From Eledone cirrhosa (Eukaryota): DNA of 64,000 nt. Made by a program: the position numbers and the translations under genes. Under the pieces are notes generated by a model. It had not been told where the DNA came from and searched no databases. It saw only the letters and a program-made list of their open reading frames with translations. Below, one piece after another: positions 15,001-30,000 of this stretch (the first letter of the stretch is position 1; every line of letters begins with the position of its first letter). The DNA is taken from the NCBI GenBank assembly GCA_964016885.1, contig OZ024741.1, forward strand, positions 405,542,001 through 405,606,000. The letters run 5' to 3'.

Positions 15001-18000
15001 GTAGGTACATTACAGTATGGTACATTACAGTAGGTGTATTACAGTACGGTACATTAGGTTAGGTACTTTACAGTAGGTACATTAGGTTAGGTACATTACA
15101 GAGCTACATTACAGTAGGTACATTACAGTAGGTACATTAGGTTAGGTATATTACAGCAGGTACCTCACAGTAAGTGAATTAGGATAGGTACATTAGGTGA
15201 GGTACATTACAGTAGGGTACATTACAGTAGGTACATTAGGTTAGGTACCTTACAGTAGGTACATTACAATAGGTACATTATGTTAGGTACGTTACACTAG
15301 GGGACATTACAGTAGGTACATTACAGTAGGTACATTACAGTAGGTACATTACAGTAGGGTACATTAGTTTAGGTACATTAGATTAGGTACATTAGAGTAG
15401 GTACATTACAGTAGGTACATTAGAGTAGGTACATTACAGTAGGGTACATTACAGTAGGTACATTAGGTTAGGTACATTACACTAGGCACTTTACAGTAGG
15501 GTACATTACAGTAGGTTCATTACTGTAGGGTATATTAGCTTAGGTACATTAGAGTAGGTACATTACAGTAGGTGCATTACTGTAGGGTATATTAGTTTAG
15601 GTACATTACAGTAGGAACATTACAGTAGGGTGCATTATAGTAGGTACATTATGTTAGGTACATTACAGTAGGTACATTACAGTAGGGTACATTACAGTAG
15701 GTACATTAGGTTAGGTACATTACACTAAGTACTTTACAGTAGGTACATTGCAGTAGGGTACATTACACTAGGTACATTACAGTAGGTACATTACGGTATG
15801 GTACATTACAGTAGGTACATTAGGTTAGGTACATTAGCTTAGGTACATTATAGTAGGTACATTACAGTTGGGTACGTTACACTAGGTTCATTACAGCGGG
15901 TAATTAGGTTAGGTACATTACAGTAGCTACATTAAAGTAGATATATTACAGTAGGTGCATTACAGTAGGTACATTACAGTAGGTACATTAGGTTAGATAC
16001 ATTACAGTAGGTACATTATAATAGGTACATTACAGTAGGGTGCATTACATTACGGTAGATTAGGTTAGGTACATTACAGTAGGTACCTCACAGTAAGTAC
16101 ATTAGTTTAGGTACATTAGGTTAGGTATATTACAGTAGGGTACATTACATTAGGTACATTACAGTAGGGTACGTTACAGTAGGTACATTCAGTTAGGTAC
16201 ATTACAGTAGGGTGCATTACAGTAGGTTCATTACAGCAGGTACATTAGTTTAGGTACATTACAGTAGGTACATTGGGTTAGGTACATTACAGTAGGGTAA
16301 ATTAGGTAGGTACATTAAAGTAGGGTACATTACAGTAGGTACATTACAGTAGTTACATTACAGTAGGTACATTAGGTTGGGTACGTTACACTAGGGTACA
16401 TTACAGTAGGTACATTAGAGTAGGGTACATTAGGTTAGGTACATTAGAGTAGGTACATTACAGTAGGTACATTAGGTTAGGTACATTACAGTAGGTACAT
16501 TAGTTTAGGTACATTACAGTAGGTACATTAGGTTAGGTACATTACAGTAGGTACATTATTGTAGGGTACATTATAGTAGGTACATTACAGTAGGTAATTA
16601 GGTTAGGTACATTACAGTAGGTACATTACAGTAGGTACATTACAGTAGGGTACATTAGGTTAGGTACATTAGAGTAGGTACATTACAGTAGGTACATTAG
16701 GTTAGGTACATTACAGTAGGTACATTAGGTTAGGTACATTACAATAGGTACATTAGGTTAGGTACATTACAGTAGGTACATTATTGTAGGGTACATTATA
16801 GTAGGTACATTACAGTAGGTAATTAGGTTAGGTACATTACAGTAGGTACATTACAGTAGGGTACATTACAAGAGGTTCATTACTGTAGGGTATATTAGAT
16901 TATGTACATTACAGTAGGTACATTACAGTAGGTGCATTACTGTAGGGTATATTAGCTTAGGTACATTACAGTAGGAACATTACAGTAGGGTACATTATAG
17001 TAGGTACATACGATGGGTACATTACAGTAGGTACATTACAGTAGGGTACATTACAGTAGGTACATTAGGTTAGGTACATTACACTAGGTACTTTACAGTA
17101 GGTACATTAGGTTAGGTACATTACAGTAGGGTACATTACAGTAGGTACATTAGTTTGGGTACATTACAGTAAGAATATAATAGTAGGTACACTATAGTAG
17201 CTACATTACAGTAGATATATTACAGTAGGTGCATTACAGTAGGTACATTAGGTTAGGTACATTACAGTAGGTACATTAAAGTAGGTACATTAAAGTAGGT
17301 ACATTACAGTAGGTACATTAGGTTAGGTACATGACAGTATGTACATTAGGTTAGGTACATTACAGTAGGTACATTTCAGTATGTACATTACAGTAAGTAC
17401 AGTAGGTTAGGTACATTACTGTGGGTACATTAGGTTAGGTACATTACAGTAGGTACATTAGGTTAGGTACATAACAGTAGGTACATTAAAGTAGGTACAG
17501 TAGGTTAGGTACATTACAGTAGGTACATTACAGTAGGTACATTACAGTAGGTACATTATAGTAGGGAACATTAGTTTAGGTACATTACAGTAGGTACATT
17601 ACAGTAGATATTTTACAGTAGGGTACATTAGATTAGGTACATTGCAGTAGGTACATTACAGTAGATACATTACAGTAGGTACTTTACAGTAGGTACATTA
17701 CAGTAGGGTACATTAAGTTTAGGTACATTACAGTAGGTACATTATAATAGGTACATTACAGTAGGGTGCATTACAGTACGGTACATTAGGTTAGGTACAT
17801 TACAGTAGGTACCTCACAGTAAGTACATTAGGTTAGGTACATTAGGTTAGGTATATTACAGTAGGGTACATTACATTAGGTACATTACAGTAGGGTACGT
17901 TACAGTAGGTACATTCAGTTAGGTACATTACAGTAGGGTGCATTACAGTAGGTTCATTACAGCAGGTACATTAGTTTAGGTACATTACAGTAGGTACATT

Positions 18001-21000
18001 GGGTTAGGTACATTACAGTAGGGTAAATTAGGTAGGTACATTAAAGTAGGGTACATTACAGTAGTTACATTACAGTAGGTACATTAGGTGAGGTACGTTA
18101 AACTAGGGTACATTACAGTAGTTACATTACAGTAGGTACATTAGGTGAGGTACGTTACACTAGGGTACATTACAGTACGTACATTACAGTAGGTACATTA
18201 CAGTAGGGTACATTAGGTTAGGTACATTAGAGTAGGTACATTACACTAGGTACATTAGGTTAGGTACATTACAGTAGGTACATTAGGTTAGGTACATTAC
18301 AGTAGGTACATTATTGTAGGGTACATTATAGTAGGTACATTACAGTAGGTAATTATGTTAGGTACATTACAGTAGGTACATTACAGTAGGGTACATTACA
18401 GGAGGTTCGTTACTGTAGGGTATATTAGATTAGGTACATTACAGTAGGTAAATTACAGTAGGTGCATTACTGTAGGGTATATTAGCTTAGGTACATTACA
18501 GTAGGAACATTACAGTAGGGTACATTATAGCAGGTACATTACAGTAGGTACATTACAGTAGGGTACATTACAGTAGGTACATTAGGTTAGGTACATTACA
18601 GTAGGTACATTAGGTTAGGTACATTACAGTAGGTACATTAGGTTAGGTACATTACAGTAGGTACACTGCAGTAGGTACATTAGGTTAGGTACGTTACAGT
18701 AGGTACATTAGGCTAGGTACATTACAGTAGGTACATTAGCTTAGGTACATTATAGTAGGTACATTACAGTAGGATACATTACACTAGGTACATTACCGTA
18801 GGGTACATTAGCTTAGGTACATTATAGTAGGTACATTACAGTTGGGTACATTACACTAGGTTCATTACAGTGGGTAATTAGGTTAGGTACATTACAGTAG
18901 GTACATTACAGTATGGTACATTCCAGTAGGTGTATTACAATACGGTACATTAGGTTAGGTACTTTACAGTAGGTACATTAGGTTAGGTACATTACAGAGC
19001 TACATTACAGTAGGTACATTACAGTAGGTACATTAGGTTAGGTATATTACAGCAGGTACCTCACAGTAAGTACATTAGGATAGGTACATTAGGTGAGGTA
19101 CATTACACTAGGGTACATTACAGTAGGTACATTATGTTAGGTACGTTACAGTAGGTACATTACAATAGGTACATTATGTTAGGTACGTTACACTAGGGTA
19201 CATTACAGTAGGTACATTACAGTAGGTACATTACAGTAGGTACATTACAGTAGGGTACATTAGTTTAGGTACATTAGATTAGGTACATTACAGTATGTAC
19301 ATTACAGTAAGTACATTAGGTTAGGTACATTACAGTAGGGTACATTAGGTTAGGTACATTACAATAGGTACATTACAGTAGGTACATTAGGTTAGGTACA
19401 TTACAGTAGGTACACTACAGTAGGTACATTAGGTTAGGTACGTTACAGTAGGTACATTAGGTTAGATTCATTACAGTAGGTACATACATTACAGTAGGTA
19501 CATTAAGTTAGTTACATTATAGTAGGTATATTAGTTTAGGTACATTACAGTAGGTACATTACAGTAGGTACAATAGTTTAGGTACATTACAGTAGGAATA
19601 TTATAGTAGGTACACTATAGTAGCTACATTAAAGTAGATATATTACAGTAGGTGCATTACAGTAGGTACATTACAGTAGGTACATTAGGTTAGATACATT
19701 ACAGTAGGTACATTAAAGTAGGTACATTACAGTAGGTACATTAGGTTAGGTACATTACAGTATGTACATTAGGTTAGGTACATTACAGTAGGTACATTAC
19801 AGCATGTACATTACAGTATGTACATTAGGTTAGGTACATTACAGTAGGGTACATTAGGTTAGGTACATTACAATAGGTACATTACAGTAGGTACATTAGG
19901 TTAGGTACATTATAGTAGGTACATTAAGTTAGGTACATTACAGTAGGTACACTGCAGTAGGTACATTAGGTTAGGTACGTTACAGTAGGTACATTAGGCT
20001 AGGTACATTACAGTAGGTACATTAGCTTAGGTACATTATAGTAGGTACATTACAGTAGGATACATGACACTATGTACATTACAGTAGGGTACATTAGCTT
20101 AGGTACATTATAGTAGGTACATTACAGTTGGGTACATTACACTAGGTTCATTACAGTGGGTAATTAGGTTAGGTACATTACAGTAGGTACATTACAGTAT
20201 GGTACATTACAGTAGGTGTATTACAGTACGGTACATTAGGTTAGGTACTTTACAGTAGGTACATTAGGTTAGGTACATCACAGAGCTACATTACAGTAGG
20301 TACATTACAGTAGGTACATTAGGTTAGGTATATTACAGCATGTACATCACAGTAAGTACATTAGGATAGGTACATTAGGTGAGGTACATTACAGTAGGGT
20401 ACATTACAGTAGGTACATTAGGTTAGGTACGTTACAGTAGGTACATTACAATAGGTACATCATGTTAGGTACGTTACACTAGGGTACATTACAGTAGGTA
20501 CATTACAGTAGGTACATTACAGTAGGTACATTACAGTAGGGTACATTAGTTTAGGTACATTATATTAGGTACATTACAGTAGGTACATTAGTTTAGGTAC
20601 ATTACAGTAGGTACATTAGGTTAGGAACATTACAGTAGGTACATTACAGTAGGAACATTACAGTAGGGTACATTACAGTAGGTACATTAGGTTAGGTACA
20701 TTAAAGTAGGTACATTACAGTAGGTACATTACAGTAGGGTACATTATAGTAGGGTACATTATGTTAGGTACATTACAGTAGGTACATTACAGTAGGGTAC
20801 ATTACAGTAGGTACATTAGGTTAGGTACATTACACTAAGTACTTTACAGTAGGTGCATTGCAGTAGGGTACATTACACTAGGTACTTTACAGTAGGTACA
20901 TTACAGTATGGTACATTACAGTAGGTACATTAGGTTACGCACATTACACTTGGTACATTACAGTAGGTACATTACAGTATGTACATTACAGTGGGTACAT

Positions 21001-24000
21001 TAGGTTAGGTACATTACAGAAGGTACATTAGGTTAGGAACATTACAGTAGGTACATTAAAGTAGGTACATTAGGTTAGGTACATTACAGTAGGTACAATA
21101 CAGTAGGTAAATTACAGTAGGTACATTATAGTAGGGAACATTAGGTTAGGTACATTACAGTAGGTACATTACAGTAGACATTTTATAGTAGGGTACATTA
21201 GGTTAGGTACATTACAGTAGGTACATTACAGTAGATACATTACAGTAGGTACTTTACAGTAGGTACATTACAGTAGGGTACATTAGGTTTAGGTACATTA
21301 CAGTAGGTACATTATAATAGGTACATTACAGTAGGGTGCATTACAGTAGGTACATTACAGTAGGGTACGTTACAGTAGGTACATTCAGTTAGGTACTTTA
21401 CAGTAGGGTGCATTACAGTAGGTTCATTGCAGCAGGTACATTAGTTTAGGTACATTACAGTAGGTACATTGGGTTAGGTACATTACATTAGGGTAAATTA
21501 GGTAGGTACATTAAAGTAGGGTACATTACAGTAGTTACATTACAGTAGGTACGTTAGGTTAGGTACGTTACACTAGGGTACATTACAGTACGTACATTAC
21601 AGTAGGTACATTACAGTAGGTACATTACAGTAGGTACATTACAGTAGGTACATTACAGTAGGTACATTACAGTAGGTACATTACAGTAGGTACATTACAG
21701 TAGGTACATTACAGTAGGGTACATTAGGTTAGGTACATTAGAGTAGGTACATTACAGTAGGTACATTAGGTTAGGTACATTACAGTAGGTACATTAGGTT
21801 AGGTACATTACAGTAGGTACATTATTGTAGGGTACATTATAGTAGGTACATTACAGTAGGTAATTATGTTAGGTACATTACAGTAGGTACATTACAGTAG
21901 GGTACATTACAGGAGGTTCGTTACTGTAGGCTATATTAGATTAGGTACATTACAGTAGGTACATTACAGTAGGTGCATTACTGTAGGGTATATTAGCTTA
22001 GGTACATTACAGTAGGAACATTACATTAGGGTACATTATAGTAGGTACATTACAGTAGGTACATTACAGTAGATACATTACAGAAGGTACTTTACAGTAG
22101 GTACATTACAGTAGGGTACATTAGGTTTAGGTACATTACAGTAGGTACATTATAATAGGTACATTACAGTAGGGTGCATTACAGTACGGTACATTAGGTT
22201 AGGTACATTACAGTAGGTACCTCACAGTAAGTACATTAGGTTAGGTACATTAGGTTAGGTATATTACAGTAGGGTACATAACATTAGGTACATTACAGTA
22301 GGGTACGTTACAGTAGGTACATTCAGTTAGGTACATTACACTAGGGTGTATTACAGTAGGTTCATTACAGCAGGTACATTAGTTTAGGTAGATTACAGTA
22401 GGTACATTGGGTTAGGTACACTACAGTAGGGTAAATTAGTTAGGTACATTAAAGTAGGGTACATTACAGTAGTTACATTACAGTAGGTACGTTAGGTTAG
22501 GTACGTTACACTAGGGTACATTACAGTACGTACATTACAGTAGGTACATTACAGTAGGTACATTACAGTAGGTACATTACAGTAGGGTGTATTAGGTTAG
22601 GTACATTAGAGTAGGTACATTACAGTAGGTACATTAGGTTAGGTACATTACAGTAGGTACATTAGGTTAGGTACATTACAGTAGGTACATTATTGTAGGG
22701 TACATTATAGTAGGTACATTACAGTAGGTAATTATGTTAGGTACATTACAGTAGGCACATTTCAGTAGGGTACATTACAGGAGGTTCATTACTGTAGGGT
22801 ATATTAGATTAGGTACATTACAGTAGGTACATTACAGTAGGTGCATTACTGTAGGGTATATTAACTTAGGTACATTACACTAGGAACATTACAGTAGGGT
22901 ACATTATAGTAGGTACATTACAGTAGGTACATTACAGTAGGGTACATTACAGTAGGTACATTAGTTTAGGTACATTACACTAGATACTTTACAGTAGGTA
23001 CATTAGGTTAGGTACATTACAGTAGGGTACATTACAGTAGGGTACATTACAGTAGGTACATTAGTTTAGGTACATTACAGTAGGAATATTATAGTAGGTA
23101 CACTATAGTAGCTACATTACAGTAGGCATATTACAGTAGGTGCATTACAGTAGGTACATTACAGTAGGTACATTAGGTTAGGTACATTACAGTAGGTACA
23201 TTAAAGTAGGTACATTACAGTAGGTACATTAGGTTAGGTACATTACAGTATGTACATTAGGTTAGGTACATTACAGTATGTACATTAGGTTAGGTACATT
23301 ACAGTAGGTACATTACAGTATGTACATTACAGTAAGCACATTAGGTTAGGTACATTACAGTAGGGTACATTAGGTTAGGTACATTACAATAGGTACATTA
23401 CAGTAGGTACATTGGGTTAGGTACATTACAGTGGGTACACTACAGTAGGTACATTAGGTTAGGTACATTACAGTAGGTACATTAGGTTAGATTCATTACA
23501 GTAGGTACATACATTACAGTAGGTACATTAAGTTAGGTACATTATAGTAGGTATATTAGTTTAGGTACATTACAGTAGGTACATTACAGTAGGTACAATA
23601 GTTTAGGTACATTACAGTAGGAATATTATAGTAGGTACACTATAGTAGCTACATTACAGTAGATATATTACAGTAGGTGCATTACAGTAGGTACATTACA
23701 GTAGGTACATTAGGTTAGGTACATTACAGTAGGTACATTAAAGTAGGTACATTACAGTAGGTACATTAGGTTAGGTACATTACAGTATGTACATTAGGTT
23801 AGGTACATTACTGTAGGTACATTACAGTATGTACATTACAGTATGTACATTAGGTTAGGTACATTACAGTAGGGTACATTAGGTTAGGTACATTACAATA
23901 GGTACATTACAGTAGGTACATTAGGTTAGGTACATTACAGTGGGTACATTAGGTTAGGTACATTACAGTAGGTACACTGCAGTAGGTACATTAGGTTAGG

Positions 24001-27000
24001 TACGTTGCAGTAGGTACATTAGGCTAGGTACATTACAGTAGGTACATTAGCTTAGGTACTTTATAGTAGGTACATTACAGTAGGATACATTACACTAGGT
24101 ACATTACAGTAGGGTACATTAGCTAAGGTACATTATAGTAGGTACATTACAGTTGGGTACATTACACTATGTTCATTACAGTGTGTAATTAGGTTAGGTA
24201 CATTACAGTAGGTACATTACAGTATGGTACATTACAGTAGGTGTATTACAGTACGGTACGTTAGGTTAGGTACTTTACAGTAGGTACATTAGGTTAGGTA
24301 CATTACAGAGCTACATTACAGTAGGTACATTACAGTAGGTACATTAGGTTAGGTATATTACAGCAGGTACCTCACAGTAAGTAAATTAGGATAGGTACAT
24401 TAGGTGAGGTACATTACAGTAGGGTACATTACAGTAGGTACATTAGGTTAGGTACCTTACAGTAGGTACATTACAATAGGTACATTATGTTAGGTACGTT
24501 ACACTAGGGGACATTACAGTAGGTACATTACAGTAGGTACATTACAGTAGGTACATTACAGTAGGGTACATTAGTTTAGGTACATTAGATTAGGTACATT
24601 ACAGTAGGTACATTAGTTTAGGTACATTAAAGTAGGTACATTAGGTTAGGTACATTCGAGTAGGTACATTACAGTAGGTACATTAGAGTAGGTACATTAC
24701 AGTAGGGTACATTACAGTAGGTACATTAGGTTAGGTACATTACACTAGGCACTTTACAGTAGGGTACATTACAGTAGGTTCATTACTGTAGGGTATATTA
24801 GCTTAGGTACATTAGAGTAGGTACATTACAGTAGGTGCATTACTGTAGGGTATATTAGTTTAGGTACATTACAGTAGGAACATTACAGTAGGGTGCATTA
24901 TAGTAGGTACATTATGTTAGGTACATTACAGTAGGGTACATTACAGTAGGTACATTAGGTTAGGTACATTACACTAAGTACTTTACAGTAGGTACATTGC
25001 AGTAGGGTACATTACACTAGGTACATTACAGTAGGTACATTACGGTATGGTACATTACAGTAGGTACATTAGGTTAGGTACATTCCAGTAGGTACATTAA
25101 AGTAGGTACATTAGGTTAGGTACATTACAGTAGGTACATTACAGAAGGTACATTATAGTAGGGAACATTAGGTTAGGTACATTACAGTAGGTACATTACA
25201 GTAGATATTTTACAGTAGGGTACATTAGGTTAGGTACAATACAGTAGGTACATTACAGTAGATACATTACAGTAGGTACTTTAGAGTAGGTACATTACAG
25301 TAGGGTACATTAGGTTTAGGTACATTAGACTAGGTACATTATAATAGGTACATTACAGTAGGGTGCATTACAGTACGGTACATTAGGTTAGGTACATTAC
25401 AGTAGGTACCTCACAGTACGTACATTAGGTTAGGTACATTAGGTTAGGTATATTACAGTAGGGTACGTTACATTAGGTACATTACAGTAGGGTACGTTAC
25501 AGTAGGTACATTCAGTTAGGTACATTACAGTAGGGTGCATTACAGTAGGTTCATTACAGCAGGTACATTAGTTTAGGTACATTACATAGGTACATTGGGT
25601 TAGGTACATTACAGTAGGGTAAATTAGGTAGGTACATTAAAGTAGGGTACATTAAAATAGGGTACATTACAGTAGTTACATTACAGTAGGTACATTAGGT
25701 TAGGTACGTTACACTAGGGTACATTACAGTACGTACATTACAGTAGATACATTACAGTAGGTACATTATAGTAGGTACATTACAGTAGTTACATTACAGT
25801 AGGGTACATTAGGTTAGGTACATTAGAGTAGGTACATTACAGTAGGTACATTAGGTTAGGTATATTACAGTAGGTACATTAGGTTAGGTACATTACAGTA
25901 GGTACATTATTGTAGGGTACATTATAGTAGGTACATTACAGTAGGTAATTATGTTAGGTACATTACAGTAGATACATTACAGTAGGAACATTACATTAGG
26001 GTACATTATAGTAGGTACATTACAGTAGGTACATTACAGTAGGGTACATTACAGTAGGTACATTAGGTTAGGTACATTACACTAGGTACTTTACAGTAGG
26101 TACATTATGTTAGGTACATTACAGTAGGAATATTATAGTAGGTACACTATAGTAGCTACATTACAGTAGGTATATTACAGTAGGTGCATTACAGTAGGTA
26201 CATTACAGTAGGTAAATTAGCTTAGGTACATTACAGTAGGTACATTAAAGTAGGTACATTACAGTAGGTACATTAGGTTAGGTACATTACAGTATGTACA
26301 TTAGGTTAGGTACATTACAGTATGTACATTACAGTAGGTACATTACAGTATGTACATTACAGTAAGTACATTAGGTTAGGTACATTACAGTAGGGTACAT
26401 TAGGTTAGGTACATTACAATAGGTACATTACAGTAGGTACATTAGGTTAGGTACATTACAGTAGCTACACTACAGTAGGTACATTAGGTTAGGTACGTTA
26501 CAGTAGGTACATTAGGTTAGATTCATTACAGTAGGTACATACATTACAGTAGGTACATTAAGTTAGGTACATTATAGTAGGTATATTAGTTTAGGTACAT
26601 TACAGTAGGTACATTACAGTAGGTACATTATAGTAGGGAACATTAGTTTAGGTACATTACAGTAGGTACATTACAGTAGATACTTTACAGTAGGGTACAT
26701 TAGGTTAGGTACATTACAGTAGGTACATTACAGTAGATACATTACAGTAGGTACATTACAGTAGGTACATTACAGTAGGGTACATTAGGTTAGTTACATT
26801 ACAGTAGGAAGATTACAGTATGTACATTACAGTAGGTACATAAGGTTAGATACATTATAGTAGGGTACATTATATTAGGTACATAACAATAGGTATATTA
26901 CAGTAGGTACATACATTACAGTAGGTACATTAAGTTAGGTACATTGTAGTAGATATATTAGGTTAGGTACATTAGAGTAGGTACATTACAGTAGGTACAT

Positions 27001-30000
27001 TACAGTAAGGTACATTAGGTTAGTTACGTTACAGTAGGTACATTACAGTAAGTTCATTGCAGTAGGTTATATTACAGTAGGGTACATTAGGTTAGGTACA
27101 TTACAGTAGGTACATTACACTAGGTTCATAAGGTTAGATACATTACAGTAGGTACATTACAGTATGTACATTACAGTAGGTACGTTAGTTTAGGTACATT
27201 ACAGTAGGTACATTAGGTTAGGTACATTACAGTAGGTACATTACGTTAGGTACATTACAGTAGGTACATAACAGTATGTACATTACAGTAGGTACATTAG
27301 GTTAGGTACATTACAGTAGGGTATATTAGGTTAGGTACTTTACAGTAGGTACATTAGGTTAGGTACATTACAGTAGGTACATTAGGGTAGGTACATTACA
27401 GTAGGTACATTAGGTTAGGTACATTACAGTAGGTACATCACAGTAGGTACATTACAGTAAGTTCATTACAGTAGGGTATATTACAGTAGGGTACATTAGG
27501 TTAGGTACATTACAGTAGGTACATTAGGTTAGATACATTACAGTAGGTATATTACAGTATGTACATTACAGTAGGTATATTAGGTTAGGTACATTACAGT
27601 AGGTACATTGGGTTAGGTACTTTACAGTAGGTACATTATGTTAGGTTCATTACAGTAGGTACATACATTACAGTAGGTATATTAAGTTAGGTGCATTATA
27701 GTAAGTATATATTACAGTAGGTACATTACAGTAGATACATTATAGTAGGGTACATTGGTTTAGGTACATTACAGTAGGGACATTACAGTAGATACATTAT
27801 AGTAGGGTACATTAGGTACATTACAGTATGTACATTAGAATAGGTACATTACAGTAGGGTGCATTACAGTAGGTACATTAGGTTAGGTACGTTACATTAG
27901 GTACATTACAATAGGTACATTAGGTTAGGTACGTTACAGTAGGGTACATTACAGTAGGTACATTACAGTAGGTACATTACAGTAGTTACATTACAGTTGA
28001 TACATTACAGTAGGGTACATTAGGATAGGTACATTACAGTAGGTACATTATAGTAGGTACATTAGGTTAGGTACATTACACTAGGTACATTAGGTTAGGT
28101 ACATTGCAGTATGTGCATTATGTTAGGTACATTATAGTAGGTACATTAGGTTGGATACATTAGCTTAGGTACATTACAGTAGGTACATTACAGAAGGGTA
28201 CATTAGATTAGGTACATTATAATAGGCAAATTACAGTAGGGTACATTACACTAGGTACATTGCAGTAGGTACATTAAAGTAGGGTACATTAGCTTAGGTA
28301 CATTATAGTAGGTACATTACAGTAGGGTACAATACACTAGGTACATAACAGTAGATAATTAGGTTAGGTACATTACAGTAGTTACATTACAGTAGGTGCC
28401 TTACAGTACGGTACATTAGGTTAGGTACATTACAGAGGTACATTACAGTAGGTACATTACAGTAGGTACATTAGGTTAGGTACATTACAGCAGGTACCTC
28501 ACAGTAAGTACATTAGGTTAGGTACATTACACTAGGGTACATTACAGTAGGTACATTACAGTAGGTAGATTACAGTAGGGTACATTACAGTAGTTACATT
28601 ATGTTAGGTACATCACAGTAGGTACATTACTGTAGGGTATATTAGCTTATGTACATTACAGTAGGTACATTACAGTAGGGTACTTTAGCTTAGGTACATT
28701 ATAGTAGGTACATTACAGTAGGGTACATTACAATAGGTACATTTCAGTAGGTACGTTATAGTAGGGTACATTAGCTTAGGTACATTATAGTAGGTACATT
28801 ACAGTAGGGTACAATACACTAGGTACATAACAGTAGGTAATTAGATTAGGTTACTTTACAGTGGGTACTTTACAGTATGGTACGTTACAGTAGGTACATT
28901 AGGTTAGGTACATTACAGAGGTACATTACAGTAGGTACATTACAGTAGGTACATTAGGTTAGGTACATTACAGCAGGTACCTCACAGTAAGTACATTAGG
29001 TTAGGTACATTAGGTTAGGTACATTACAGTAGGGTACATTACATTAGGGTACATTACAGTAGGTACGTTACAGTAGGTACATTATGTTAGGTGCATCACA
29101 GTAGGAACATTACTGTAGGTACATTACAGTAGGTATATTACATTAGGTACATTAGATTAGGTACATTACAGTAGGTACATTACAGTAGGTACATTACTGT
29201 AGGGTATTTAGCTTATGTACATTACAGTAGGTACATTACAGTAGGTATATTACATTAGGTACATTAGATTAGGTACATTACAGTAGGTACATTACAGTAG
29301 GTACATTACTGTAGGGTATTTAGCTTATGTACATTACAGTAGGTACATTACAGTAGGTACATTATAGTAGGGTACATTAGCTTAGGTACATTATAGTAGG
29401 TACATTACAGTAGGGTACATTACACTAGGTACATTTCAGTAGCTACATTATAGTAGGGTACATTAGCTTAGGTACATTATAGTAGGTACATTATAGTAGG
29501 GTACAATACACTAGGTACATAACAGTAGGTAATTAGGTTAGGTACATTACAGTAGGTACATTACAGTATGGTATGTTACAGTAGGTGCCTTACAGTACGG
29601 TACATTAGGTTATGTACTTTACAGTAGGTACATTAGGTTAGGTACATTACAGCAGATACCTCACAGTAAGTACATTAGGTTAGGTACATTTCAGTAGGGT
29701 ACATTACAGTTGGTACATTACAGTAGGTACATTACAGTAGGTATATTACAGTAGGTACATTAGGTTAGGTACATTACAGTAGGAACATTACAGTAGGGTA
29801 CATTATAGTAGGTACTTTAAGTAGGTAATTAGGTTAGGTACATTACAGTAGGTACATTACAATAGGGTACATTACAGTCGGTTCATTACAGCAGGTACAT
29901 TAGGTTCGGTACATTACAGTAGGTACATTAGGTTAGGTACATTACAGTAGGGTACATTAGGTTAGGTACATTACAGTAGGTACATTACAGTAGGTAAATT

